Part shown: piece after piece, positions 34,007 through 43,155 of the stretch | Numbering within the stretch: the first letter of the stretch is position 1 | How the letters are laid out: each line of letters starts with the position of its first letter | From: a candidate division WOR-3 bacterium | GTDB lineage: Bacteria; Hydrothermota; Tepidihabitantia; B3-TA06 | NCBI GenBank assembly: GCA_016934635.1 | Contig: JAFGSK010000029.1 | Coordinates: 895 to 64,894, forward strand | Reading direction: 5' to 3' | Length of the DNA stretch: 64,000 nucleotides | Made by a program: the position numbers and the translations under genes | The notes under the pieces: model-generated | Told to the model about the DNA's origin: nothing | Databases searched by the model: none | Seen by the model: only the letters and a program-made list of their open reading frames with translations

Positions 34007-37000
34007 ATGAGTAAAAAGATTTACGTGCTGGTTTTATTGTTGGGATTCTCGGCGGCATTTGCCGCCTCGCCCATAGCGGTACCGATGACGCCGAACAACG
34101 AGTGGAACCAGCTCGCGCAAGGCGGTCAGACGGGCTGGGTCCAAGGCTCCTCCGCCGAAACAGGCTGGTACTGGGCCTATGACGCTTACAGTCATGCACC
34201 TTTCAACTCGCCCTACATCGGTGACCCCATGCAAGTCTTCCCCAGGTTAGACAACTCGACTGCCCAGGGAATCAATAAGCTGGAGCCTTACAATGACCGT
34301 CCTTATCAGTATGAGTTGATTGACTCCTTCTGGTACTTCAACCACTGGTACAAGCCAGGCGATCATATATATATATCTCCTGACGGCTGGCTCAGTTTTG
34401 ACGAAAACTCGTCAGACGGAGCAAACCATCCCCCCGCGTCAGTACCTCCAATGCCCAACACCATCGAACCCAACGAGATAATAGCCGTCCTGTGGCAGGA
34501 CATGGACCCCACCCTAGACCAGGGTGATGTCGATGAAAACCGTGTCTACTACACGTTCAGAGGACACGGTCCTCCATTTACCGCTGAAGAAAGCCTGCGT
34601 GCGCCTACGCTTACGGTGCAGTGGAACAAGCTGAAGTCCGTTGCCCAACCTACGCACACCTACGACTTTGCTTGCGTTCTAGATTTCGGTGGACAGGCAA
34701 GGCTTGAGGATGCCGGAAACTGCGGCATCGTCTTCAGCTACATGTTCATCGAGATGTCCTACGACAACGAAGGCGCCCCGTTTGGCTGGGATCAAGAAGC
34801 CGGCGTTATCGGCATTGAGGATCAATCCGGTGACTACGGTCTCACCTACGAAGGCACCATAGGTACAGGCGTATCTCCCAATCCTCAGATGGAGTCAGGC
34901 TTCCCCATCCGTTGGGGTTATAAGAAACTGTACAGACATGACGTTGCCGGAATACTCATCCTTTCCCCTGGAAAGTTGGTCCTGCGTCATACCCCGATCG
35001 AGCCGCAACTGATAGTCGGAAATGTCGGTCTCGAGGTTGAACACTTCAACGCGGTCTACGAGGTCTGGGAAGAAGACGGCTCAGAGCCCGTTTACCAGAA
35101 CGTCCTTGGTTCCTATGATCTCTTCCCAGGCGTCTGGGATACGTTAATCGCCCCTTGTTGGACCCCTGGTGAGTTCGGAACCGTCTACACCAACTGGCTG
35201 TGGGTAGATCTAGACGGAGACCTCTGCACCTACAACGACACCTTCGAGATGATAAGCATCGTCGGGTGCGACGATACCTTCCGTTACGACTGGAACTTTG
35301 CCTACGTAGACGAGGCATGGGGTAACGCCAGTCAGGAGTACTACCTCGGTATGTTCTACCCGGTAGACAACGGCGTCCTCATCACAGGTGCACGTGTATT
35401 CATCGACGCATTCCCGGATCCCTTATACTTCTACGATCCCCCGGTTTATCCGGCGCTGGCCGTATACGAGGCAAATAACGGCTGCGGCGGAATCGTCGAT
35501 CCGCCTTCCAAATCTCCCGTACCGGGCTGCAAGGCTACAACCGAAACATACCAGATCGGCTGGAACAACGCCCACTTCGGCTACCGCAACCCTAAAACCG
35601 GTCAGAACACCGGAGTCTTCGTTCACTCCGCTCCTGGAGGCAACGTCTGGCTGGGAATGACCGCATCTACCGCCGGCTTTACAGGTTCCATGCGTTCGGT
35701 AGCTCTGAGGCAGCAACTTGATCCGCATCCGTGCTACAACAACAGCTGGAACACGCAGACACGATCTGCGTCCTGGAGCGCTACAGGTCAATCCTGGTGG
35801 ATGACCGGCTCAAGTTTCTTGTACGAACACGATCAGTGCCCAGATCCCAGTGTGGTCTCATACTACACCGACATCTTTAACTATCCCCTCGAGCTCTTCG
35901 TGCATCTGGGATTCGGCCCCTATCCAATGTCGCCAAAACCGCAGCATCCATGCTACCACGACGAACCCCACGACATCATGGCCTACCGGTTCGAGAAGCC
36001 TTTCTTAGACTGGATCGAGGACGGCGAGCCTCTCACCTGTGAGGTCGGAATCACCAACCTCGGACGCCAGACTGAGCCTGACCAGGGATTCTTCCCTGTC
36101 AAGCTGTATATAGTTGAGGTTGAAACCGGAGACACATTCTGGAGCGAAACCACCCTGATCAACAAACTGGGCTGGGGCAACGATGACACCGACGATCCGG
36201 ATACAATCCTCGTTCCGTTCACCCCGTTTGCGCCTGAAGGCGCCTGCGTCGACTGGCAGATCGTCTACGGCGAACCTGGCGGCTCTCCTCCTCCGTTCGA
36301 GGACGTAGGAGTGGATTATGAGTTCATCGGCCTGGTTCGTCTTGGCGAGGTCGGTCCGGATCTTTCCGACCACTGCCCGTACAACGACACCACCCGTATC
36401 TGGGTAACCTGTCTTCTGTCCCACGACGTGGGCGTGGTCGACCTCCAGAATGAGGAAGGCCATGCATGGGGCAACTCCTGGACCGACCCATATGCAGTCG
36501 GAACAGAGTTCACCTGTGTTGCTACCGTCGAGAACTTCGGCTTCCAAGAAGAGCACGATTTCGTAGTGGACCTCGAGATCTACGACGCGGACAAAACCCC
36601 GGATTCACTCGTCTGGCACGCCACAGAACCTGTTTCATTCCTTGACTGGCGCGGCAATACCCTAGATAACCCATACCTCATCGACGTCACATACCCGACC
36701 TGGTCGACCCCAAGCACAGACTGGTTCAGGATTGAATGCCGCACCGAGCTTGTCGGCGACCTCTGCCCGGTTAACGACGAGCTTACCAGGCACATCAACA
36801 TCGCCGTTGCCGAGGTACCGCCCGGTCTGCCGTTCGCGCTCGAGGCAATCAAGCCCAACCCGTTTATGGGTTCCGCCAGGATCTCATTTGCATTGCCTCA
36901 CAGCACTTCGGTAAGCCTGAAGGTCTACGACATCTCCGGTAAGCTGGTTGCAACCCTGGTAAACGGCGCCGAGAAACCCGGTCGTCACACCGTCACCTGG

Positions 37001-37102
37001 AACGGCACCGACGATGCAGGCCGTTCGGTCGCACAGGGTATCTACCTGGTCCGAATGGATGCAGAGAACTTCAGCGCCACCAAGAAGGTGGTACTCTACT
37101 AA
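34007..37102 (+). CDS. T9SS cargo: NIDO-like N-terminal domain, CARDB-like repeats, CTD (paralog B)
   Basis: Collinear with paralog A. FWYFNHWY...YISPDGWLSFDE...IAVLWQDMDP. The C-terminal ~300 aa are nearly identical to paralog A. Confidence 0.75.
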   Translation: MSKKIYVLVLLLGFSAAFAASPIAVPMTPNNEWNQLAQGGQTGWVQGSSAETGWYWAYDAYSHAPFNSPYIGDPMQVFPRLDNSTAQGINKLEPYNDRPYQYELIDSFWYFNHWYKPGDHIYISPDGWLSFDENSSDGANHPPASVPPMPNTIEPNEIIAVLWQDMDPTLDQGDVDENRVYYTFRGHGPPFTAEESLRAPTLTVQWNKLKSVAQPTHTYDFACVLDFGGQARLEDAGNCGIVFSYMFIEMSYDNEGAPFGWDQEAGVIGIEDQSGDYGLTYEGTIGTGVSPNPQMESGFPIRWGYKKLYRHDVAGILILSPGKLVLRHTPIEPQLIVGNVGLEVEHFNAVYEVWEEDGSEPVYQNVLGSYDLFPGVWDTLIAPCWTPGEFGTVYTNWLWVDLDGDLCTYNDTFEMISIVGCDDTFRYDWNFAYVDEAWGNASQEYYLGMFYPVDNGVLITGARVFIDAFPDPLYFYDPPVYPALAVYEANNGCGGIVDPPSKSPVPGCKATTETYQIGWNNAHFGYRNPKTGQNTGVFVHSAPGGNVWLGMTASTAGFTGSMRSVALRQQLDPHPCYNNSWNTQTRSASWSATGQSWWMTGSSFLYEHDQCPDPSVVSYYTDIFNYPLELFVHLGFGPYPMSPKPQHPCYHDEPHDIMAYRFEKPFLDWIEDGEPLTCEVGITNLGRQTEPDQGFFPVKLYIVEVETGDTFWSETTLINKLGWGNDDTDDPDTILVPFTPFAPEGACVDWQIVYGEPGGSPPPFEDVGVDYEFIGLVRLGEVGPDLSDHCPYNDTTRIWVTCLLSHDVGVVDLQNEEGHAWGNSWTDPYAVGTEFTCVATVENFGFQEEHDFVVDLEIYDADKTPDSLVWHATEPVSFLDWRGNTLDNPYLIDVTYPTWSTPSTDWFRIECRTELVGDLCPVNDELTRHINIAVAEVPPGLPFALEAIKPNPFMGSARISFALPHSTSVSLKVYDISGKLVATLVNGAEKPGRHTVTWNGTDDAGRSVAQGIYLVRMDAENFSATKKVVLY

Positions 37103-37124
37103 AAAGTTTAAAGATTTTGACCAT

Positions 37125-37155
37125 GAGGGGAGCCGCAAGGCTCCTCTCTTTTTTT
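37125..37155 (+). terminator. Intrinsic terminator after paralog B
   Basis: GAGGGGAGCC-GCAA-GGCTCCTCTC followed by TTTTTTT. Confidence 0.85.
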
Positions 37156-37408
37156 AAAATAGATCCGTATCACACTCCCCTTCAATCTTCCAATCTTGCA
37201 ATCATCGAATCGAAACACCTCAGCCGTTCAGGCGCCTAGGGCGGATTTCGATCCTGCGGGTGTTTGTTACTCAAGCCTGCAAGTCGCTTATCCTTTTGTG
37301 TAATATTTACTGGTGTGTAATTTTTCGCTCATTGTAACGTCCCGACTGATAATAACTTAATATGTCGAATCGTGGCATAAAAATTGCTTATAACTGAGGT
37401 AGAGGTTA

Positions 37409-38035
37409 ATGAAGATGAGTTGTTTTCTTTTTTCGAGATGGATTAAAGGAGCGCTTGTGGTGTTGAGTCTTATCCTGCCCCCCTTGGCGGCAGGAAGTAT
37501 CGACGCGTCGATCATTGACCGCGCATCTTCTAATGACGCAGATAGCCGGGCAATCAATCTTGATGCGAGGGTGGTTTTTGAGCTTGCTTCAGGCTGTATC
37601 CTATCGTGGACAGCAGTCGATGGATCATCTTCTCCAGAAGGACGGTGGGAAGAGGATACGAATCAGGACTCATGCATCGAGGACAGCTTGCCCGCCGAGG
37701 AGATAGGGGATGAAAACATCAATGTTGAAGCCCTTGGTATAGACCAAGCCGATGGAAAATCATTCTGTATCCATGCCCCTAGTGCATGGCCGCTTAACGG
37801 CAGATGTGAGGTAAGGTTTGTGGTTCCGAAGCCGTGCTGGGTACGTATCGGGGTTTTTGACCTTAACGGCGATGATATATGTACGCTGGCTGATGACTTC
37901 TTCAAGAAGGGCGAGTATCTGTGTTACTGGGACACATCCTCTGGATCGGATCCGGACGTCTCAGAGGGTGTTTATCTTATCAGCATGCAGGGTTATGGTT
38001 TAAACGAGGTGCGGAAGGTTGTACTCATCAAGTGA
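37409..38035 (+). CDS. Small acidic Cys-rich secreted protein with T9SS CTD-like end
   Basis: Has a signal peptide and an acidic ~100-aa segment. C-terminus reads VRIGVFDLNGDDICTL...EGVYLISM...KVVLIK. Confidence 0.6.
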   Translation: MKMSCFLFSRWIKGALVVLSLILPPLAAGSIDASIIDRASSNDADSRAINLDARVVFELASGCILSWTAVDGSSSPEGRWEEDTNQDSCIEDSLPAEEIGDENINVEALGIDQADGKSFCIHAPSAWPLNGRCEVRFVVPKPCWVRIGVFDLNGDDICTLADDFFKKGEYLCYWDTSSGSDPDVSEGVYLISMQGYGLNEVRKVVLIK

Positions 38036-38094
38036 AAACTCAATCGAGGTGGGTAACAGTTTCTTTGAACCCGAAACGCATGCTTGAATGAAAC

Positions 38095-38122
38095 TTGACA
38101 AGCCTTATAACGAGGCTAAAAT
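38095..38122 (+). promoter_or_regulatory. Promoter for the TolB-like/C25 peptidase pair
   Basis: TTGACA-N16-TAAAAT. Confidence 0.6.
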
Positions 38123-38156
38123 TAGAATTAAATCCTTAAATCAGTAAGGAGGTTCA

Positions 38157-39278
38157 GTGAAGAGATTAGCCCTTTCGATCGTGGGGACTCTTTTAATATT
38201 TGGTGCCTTGGCGGCAGAGACGAGTTTACAGACGCTAGAATCCAGGATTGCAGAATCACCCGATGATGCCCGGGTCCTTTACGAATTGACGAGAAGATAC
38301 TGCAAGTTGGATTCTCAAAGCAAAGCAATAGAAAGCTGGCGGCATCTGGCTGAATTGGATCCAGACTTGGCCTCAGATATATACCTTATTACCAATGTTG
38401 CCGCCTATGCAGGTGTTGAGCCGTTCTTCCCACAACTTATATCCGACTCGATGATTCAAGCACCTCGACTCAGCCCTGACGGTAAATGGATCGTATTCTC
38501 TGCCGTTATTGGCGGGCGGATGCAAATCGCCGAGATCGATTTCTTCGGAAGTCATTATACGAAGTTAACCTCAGGGGATTCCTACAACCATTCTGCCAGT
38601 TTCGTCGATTCAGAGGATGAAATAATATATGGTCGCTTTACCGAGGGGAAGGTAGAGGAGATCGTTCATCTCGATCTGAAGACTGGAGAGAACAACGTTA
38701 TCTTGAGTGATTTCATGTCACAAATCGAAACTCCGGATAGACCTTCGTCCAAGCTGCCCTTGCTTTTCAGTTATCTATCACCTGATACAAGAACAACGGA
38801 AATTGGATTATACGACACCAGAACTGGAAAATTCACCGAACTTACCCAGAACAGGTACAGTGACAGAAACGCACGTTACTCCCAAAAAGGCAAGTTGATA
38901 GTTTATGCGGTTGATAACCGCATGAATGTTGATATCTTCATAATGAATCGCAAAGGGAAGGTTATCGAACAGATAACCGATTCTCGATTCAATGAGTCTC
39001 AGCCTGATTTTGGAGACAACGATAACAAAATTGCCTTCATATCCAACAAGTTTAATGATAAATACGATGTATTCATCTATGACCGTCGAACCAAGGATGT
39101 AATCCCGGTCACCTGCACCGAATCGATAGATACGCATCCTGATCTATCTAACGATGGAAATTGGCTGGTTTTCGATTCAAACCGTGAAGGCGGTCCAATT
39201 AAGGGATATTTCATTTCACTAAACCAGCCCATCTCAGTGGAAAAATTGTTGGAGGAGATAGATAAAAAAACCGAATAG
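38157..39278 (+). CDS. TPR plus TolB-like (PD40) beta-propeller periplasmic protein
   Basis: Has a signal peptide. Repeated SPDGKWIVFSA / GKLIVYA / NKIAFIS / NDGNWLVFDS PD40-type motifs. GTG start with AAGGAGG SD. Confidence 0.7.
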   Translation: MKRLALSIVGTLLIFGALAAETSLQTLESRIAESPDDARVLYELTRRYCKLDSQSKAIESWRHLAELDPDLASDIYLITNVAAYAGVEPFFPQLISDSMIQAPRLSPDGKWIVFSAVIGGRMQIAEIDFFGSHYTKLTSGDSYNHSASFVDSEDEIIYGRFTEGKVEEIVHLDLKTGENNVILSDFMSQIETPDRPSSKLPLLFSYLSPDTRTTEIGLYDTRTGKFTELTQNRYSDRNARYSQKGKLIVYAVDNRMNVDIFIMNRKGKVIEQITDSRFNESQPDFGDNDNKIAFISNKFNDKYDVFIYDRRTKDVIPVTCTESIDTHPDLSNDGNWLVFDSNREGGPIKGYFISLNQPISVEKLLEEIDKKTE

Positions 39279-39294
39279 TTAACGGGAGGTATGA

Positions 39295-42200
39295 ATGAAA
39301 ACGTACGTCATGTACTGGACACTGTTTGTCTTAGCGGTGGTGCATTTGCCTTCCTCAAGCCTGAAGGCAAAGAGTAATCAGAGGGGGGAATCAATAAGCT
39401 ACGAGTTGCAACTCGGCGAGATAGAATTTACCCACAGATCCGGTTATGTTTTGGTATCTTTACCTGATGCAGCATACGACGCCTCACCTGGTTATCCGCT
39501 GATTCCCTTTATTATCACGCGTCACATTCTACCCCAAGGAACCAGATGTAAAGATGTATATCTCGAGATCAAGGAACAAGAAATCCTTCAGGTTAAAGCC
39601 CCATTATACCCGGCTCAGATACCTCGTCCTCTAAGTCAAAACTCGGTTGAGTTTGCACAGCCCATTAGGGAGGTATACTCCTCTACTTCACCGACAACAG
39701 ACTTTTCCGCACAAGCTTACAATGAGGGCTTTCTTGGTGGTCAGCGTATCGTTACAGTAGCTATCCGACCCATACGTTATACACCCGCCTCAGGTATCCT
39801 TGAAGTCGTAAAAAGTATGATCGTTACAGTGGAGTATGAGGCTTGTGATGACGGTCACACGAATCAGCCGTCCACTGTCAATCAATCGAAAAATCTAAGC
39901 CGCAGGATTCAATACCTTACAGATGATTCCCCGACGTTTTCGACCTTACCGATGTCAACTACTATACCACCTGAGGTTGGATATCGCCACGTTATAGTCA
40001 CGCCAGCCGCTCTCAAACCGGCATTCTCCGAGCTTGCAGCCTGGAACACGGAACGAGGGGTTCGCGATACGGTCGTAACCTTGGAAAGCATTACTTCGGT
40101 CTTCCCTGGGCAGGACATTGCCGAACAGATACGAAACTTCGTTATATTCGCATATACCAATCTGGGATTGGAGTATTTGCTTTTGGGGGGAGACGAGGAA
40201 CTGGTGCCCACTCGGGATTGCTTCACTATGGTTTCAGGCGGGGGAGATCTGGATACCATTCCGACCGACATGTATTTCGGCTGTCTCGACGGGAATTGGG
40301 ACGGGAACGGAAACGGAGTGTTCGGAGAGATGGGAGACAACGTTGATCTCTACGCGGAGGTTGCCGTCGGACGCGCACCTGTCAACGACGCGACAGAGGC
40401 GACGAGGTTCACAGATAAGGTTAAGACCTACACCCAGACCCCTGCCGCAGGATACGCGAACAAACTCCTTCTTCCATCTGAGATACTTTGGGACGACCCC
40501 TATTATCCTGGAGATGCTACAAACAACAGGATAGCCGAACTAGCACCTGCGGGCGCCGAGTTTCAAAGACTGTACGAAACTCAAGGAACCCTTTCCAAGT
40601 TCGGTTTCCGTGATTCCCTGAACATCGGAGTAGGCCTGGCTCACCATATGGCCCACGGCAACGTAAGCGCCATCTCCTGCGCGGATGCAGGTTTCTGGGG
40701 CTGGGAAGCCAGCCTTTTGACAAATGCCGACAGATTGACCGTTTTTAATTCAATTGCATGTCTTGTCGGGGCATTCGATTACTCGGAGTGTCTTGTCGAG
40801 GAGTTCATGAACTCCCCGGACGGCGGTACGGTAGCCTGGGTAGGAAATTCACGTTACGGCTGGGGTACCCCTCCTACGCAGGGTCCATCCGAAGACCTCG
40901 ATATAAGCCTCTTCGAGGCTATATGGAGCGGTTATAATCCTGAGATAGGACCTGCACTTGTACAGGCAAAGGATGAAAACGCCGCTGGGATGAGCGGTTC
41001 TACCTACGGACGCTGGTGCATTTACGAGCTCAATCTTCACGGAGATCCGGCCATGCCGGTTCATTCCAGAGAGCCGTCAAATTTCTTCGTCACGTATCCT
41101 GAGATACTGGACGGGCCTCAAACCGTTACGATTCGAGTCACTTCCGAGACCGGATACGACGTGGCAGGGATGCTTGTCTGTTTCAGGCAGTCTCCCTCGG
41201 TTTATTCCTGGGACTACACAGACGATCTAGGATATGCCAGCCTCAACATCAACCCTCAACCCGGGTACCTGGACCTTACCGTTACAGGAGCAAATCACTT
41301 CGCCTATACGGATAAAATATCGGTAGGGTTTGCGGAACCTGAGATATCCCTGGACGAAGATACCGTATGGGTCGATGCAGGTGTTGATCCGCTTTCGGCC
41401 TTCTTCGGTGTCTCGAATACCGGCACCGGCCCTCTCTGGGTATCGAAGGCGCGCTCCCTTGCAACCTGGATAGAGGACATTACTCCTGAATCCTTCTGGG
41501 TTCTACCCGATTCCACTATCGACGTTGGCTTCTCGGTTGACACCTCGGGTCTTGCCGACGGCATCTGGACTGGAAAAATAATGGTTTCATCGAACGACCC
41601 TTCCGCACGAACTATATACCAGTACGTGAAGCTTATTAAGGGGGACTTCCCGAACATAGCATTCACGGTTGATACTTTAAAGTTCGATATACCGGCAGGC
41701 GATTCATCAACGAAGTTACTACAAGTGACCAACCTGGGTCGTGCCGACCTTATAGTCTCAAACGTTACGGATAACGTACTATGGATTACAGAGATCAATC
41801 CGACGAACTTTACTGTTCCTTATGGGAATTCGTCTTCGACCGAATGGATTGCGGTGACTGTAGACACCTTAAAGGTTGGTGAAGGTGAATATTACGGAAT
41901 TATGACCTTTTCAACCAACGATCCGGATGAGAAAATTTCCAGACTGCCCGTACTCCTGGATATGGGCGAACCGGACATTGCCCCCTCCCCGGATACACTG
42001 GAATTTTTCTACTCATACGTTGAACTGGATGAAAACAAGACCGAAGACACGTTGAAAGTAATAAATGCAGGCAAAAGACTGCTCTCTCTGACCCGAATTG
42101 ATGATACTAAACCGTGGATCGAGATTCAAGCGGAAGTACCTCAAGACATCGAACCTTCAGATACTTTTTTGGTTCCGGTAAAGGTCTTCGAGCAAGGTCT

Positions 42201-42903
42201 CAAACAAGGGGTTTATTACGGTCACATCGTTATCTACTCGAACGATCCGGATTCTCCAATCCTGAAACAGCCCTGCAAATTCACCATTGAGGAGATTCCT
42301 GCGACAATTCTCTGCTCACCTGATACTGCCGAGATGGACAGGCAGACCATGAGAGGTATCTTCTGGATCCACAACCTGGGTATGAGGTCTTTGACCGTTA
42401 CCGGTATCACAAGCCCGACACCTTGGATAGGAAGGTTTTATCCGAATAAGGGAAGCGTCCAGGGTGCTGACAGTCTCAGGATTCAAATAATCGGGGATGC
42501 ATCGAAACTCACCGGAGGGGTTCAGATAGGAACCGCTGTAATCGAATCCAACGATTCGCATAAGCCAGAATACTCAGAACCTGTAAGGATAGAAACGCCT
42601 CCAGGCATAGCAGAGGCTTATCCTCGTTTCTTCGAGTTTTCAAGAATATCCCCCAATCCCGTAGCTGTCGAATGCCTGATACGCTTTGCCGTGCCTTTCG
42701 AGACACCAGTGGAGATAGCGGTCTACGACATTTCAGGCAAGAAGGTCAAAACCTTGAACTATGGCAGCACGAATCCTGGATATTACAGTATCCCATGGAA
42801 AGGTGATGACGAATTCGGGCGCGAGCTTCCCCAAGGCGTCTATATCCTCAAGATGAGTAGCCCGGAATACTCAGCGATTCAAAAGATAGTTCTCGTAAGG
42901 TAA
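39295..42903 (+). CDS. Peptidase C25 (gingipain/PorU-type cysteine peptidase) with four Ig-like modules and T9SS CTD
   Basis: N-terminus is propeptide-like (GYPLIPF). The catalytic region has LLLGGDEELVP, the His context HMAHGN and, ~35 aa later, the Cys context NSIACLVG. Four ~115-aa repeats follow (e.g. DTLKFDIPAGDSSTKLLQVTNLGRADLIVS). CTD reads ISPNPVAVECLIRFAVP...GVYILKM...KIVLVR. Confidence 0.8.
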   Translation: MKTYVMYWTLFVLAVVHLPSSSLKAKSNQRGESISYELQLGEIEFTHRSGYVLVSLPDAAYDASPGYPLIPFIITRHILPQGTRCKDVYLEIKEQEILQVKAPLYPAQIPRPLSQNSVEFAQPIREVYSSTSPTTDFSAQAYNEGFLGGQRIVTVAIRPIRYTPASGILEVVKSMIVTVEYEACDDGHTNQPSTVNQSKNLSRRIQYLTDDSPTFSTLPMSTTIPPEVGYRHVIVTPAALKPAFSELAAWNTERGVRDTVVTLESITSVFPGQDIAEQIRNFVIFAYTNLGLEYLLLGGDEELVPTRDCFTMVSGGGDLDTIPTDMYFGCLDGNWDGNGNGVFGEMGDNVDLYAEVAVGRAPVNDATEATRFTDKVKTYTQTPAAGYANKLLLPSEILWDDPYYPGDATNNRIAELAPAGAEFQRLYETQGTLSKFGFRDSLNIGVGLAHHMAHGNVSAISCADAGFWGWEASLLTNADRLTVFNSIACLVGAFDYSECLVEEFMNSPDGGTVAWVGNSRYGWGTPPTQGPSEDLDISLFEAIWSGYNPEIGPALVQAKDENAAGMSGSTYGRWCIYELNLHGDPAMPVHSREPSNFFVTYPEILDGPQTVTIRVTSETGYDVAGMLVCFRQSPSVYSWDYTDDLGYASLNINPQPGYLDLTVTGANHFAYTDKISVGFAEPEISLDEDTVWVDAGVDPLSAFFGVSNTGTGPLWVSKARSLATWIEDITPESFWVLPDSTIDVGFSVDTSGLADGIWTGKIMVSSNDPSARTIYQYVKLIKGDFPNIAFTVDTLKFDIPAGDSSTKLLQVTNLGRADLIVSNVTDNVLWITEINPTNFTVPYGNSSSTEWIAVTVDTLKVGEGEYYGIMTFSTNDPDEKISRLPVLLDMGEPDIAPSPDTLEFFYSYVELDENKTEDTLKVINAGKRLLSLTRIDDTKPWIEIQAEVPQDIEPSDTFLVPVKVFEQGLKQGVYYGHIVIYSNDPDSPILKQPCKFTIEEIPATILCSPDTAEMDRQTMRGIFWIHNLGMRSLTVTGITSPTPWIGRFYPNKGSVQGADSLRIQIIGDASKLTGGVQIGTAVIESNDSHKPEYSEPVRIETPPGIAEAYPRFFEFSRISPNPVAVECLIRFAVPFETPVEIAVYDISGKKVKTLNYGSTNPGYYSIPWKGDDEFGRELPQGVYILKMSSPEYSAIQKIVLVR

Positions 42904-42943
42904 CCCCTGGACTCAAGAATTCCATAACTCTTAGAAAAAAATT

Positions 42944-42975
42944 AAAGCAAGCCTTCGGGTTTGCTTTTCTACTTT
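42944..42975 (+). terminator. Intrinsic terminator after the C25 peptidase
   Basis: AAAGCAAGCC-TTCG-GGTTTGCTTT followed by TCTACTTT. Confidence 0.6.
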
Positions 42976-43155
42976 GTGATACATCAGTCCTGAACCATCT
43001 TGCGGTAATGTAGTAAGATCGGCAATATCTACTCGAGCCCTAATCCTCGTATGGGGCTATCGTAAGAATCGTCGACAACCGTATTCTCACAGGTTTTTCA
43101 AAAGACGGTACTCAAAATTAGGTCAAAGAAAGTTCAATGTGAATAGGTCAGCTAG

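Noticed and set aside
30915-37102. Diversity-generating retroelement or phase-variation mechanism acting on the paralog pair
   Set aside because: No reverse transcriptase, template repeat, invertase or invertible-repeat pair is visible. Differences between the copies are spread over all base types and include indels, as expected for ordinary divergence plus gene conversion.
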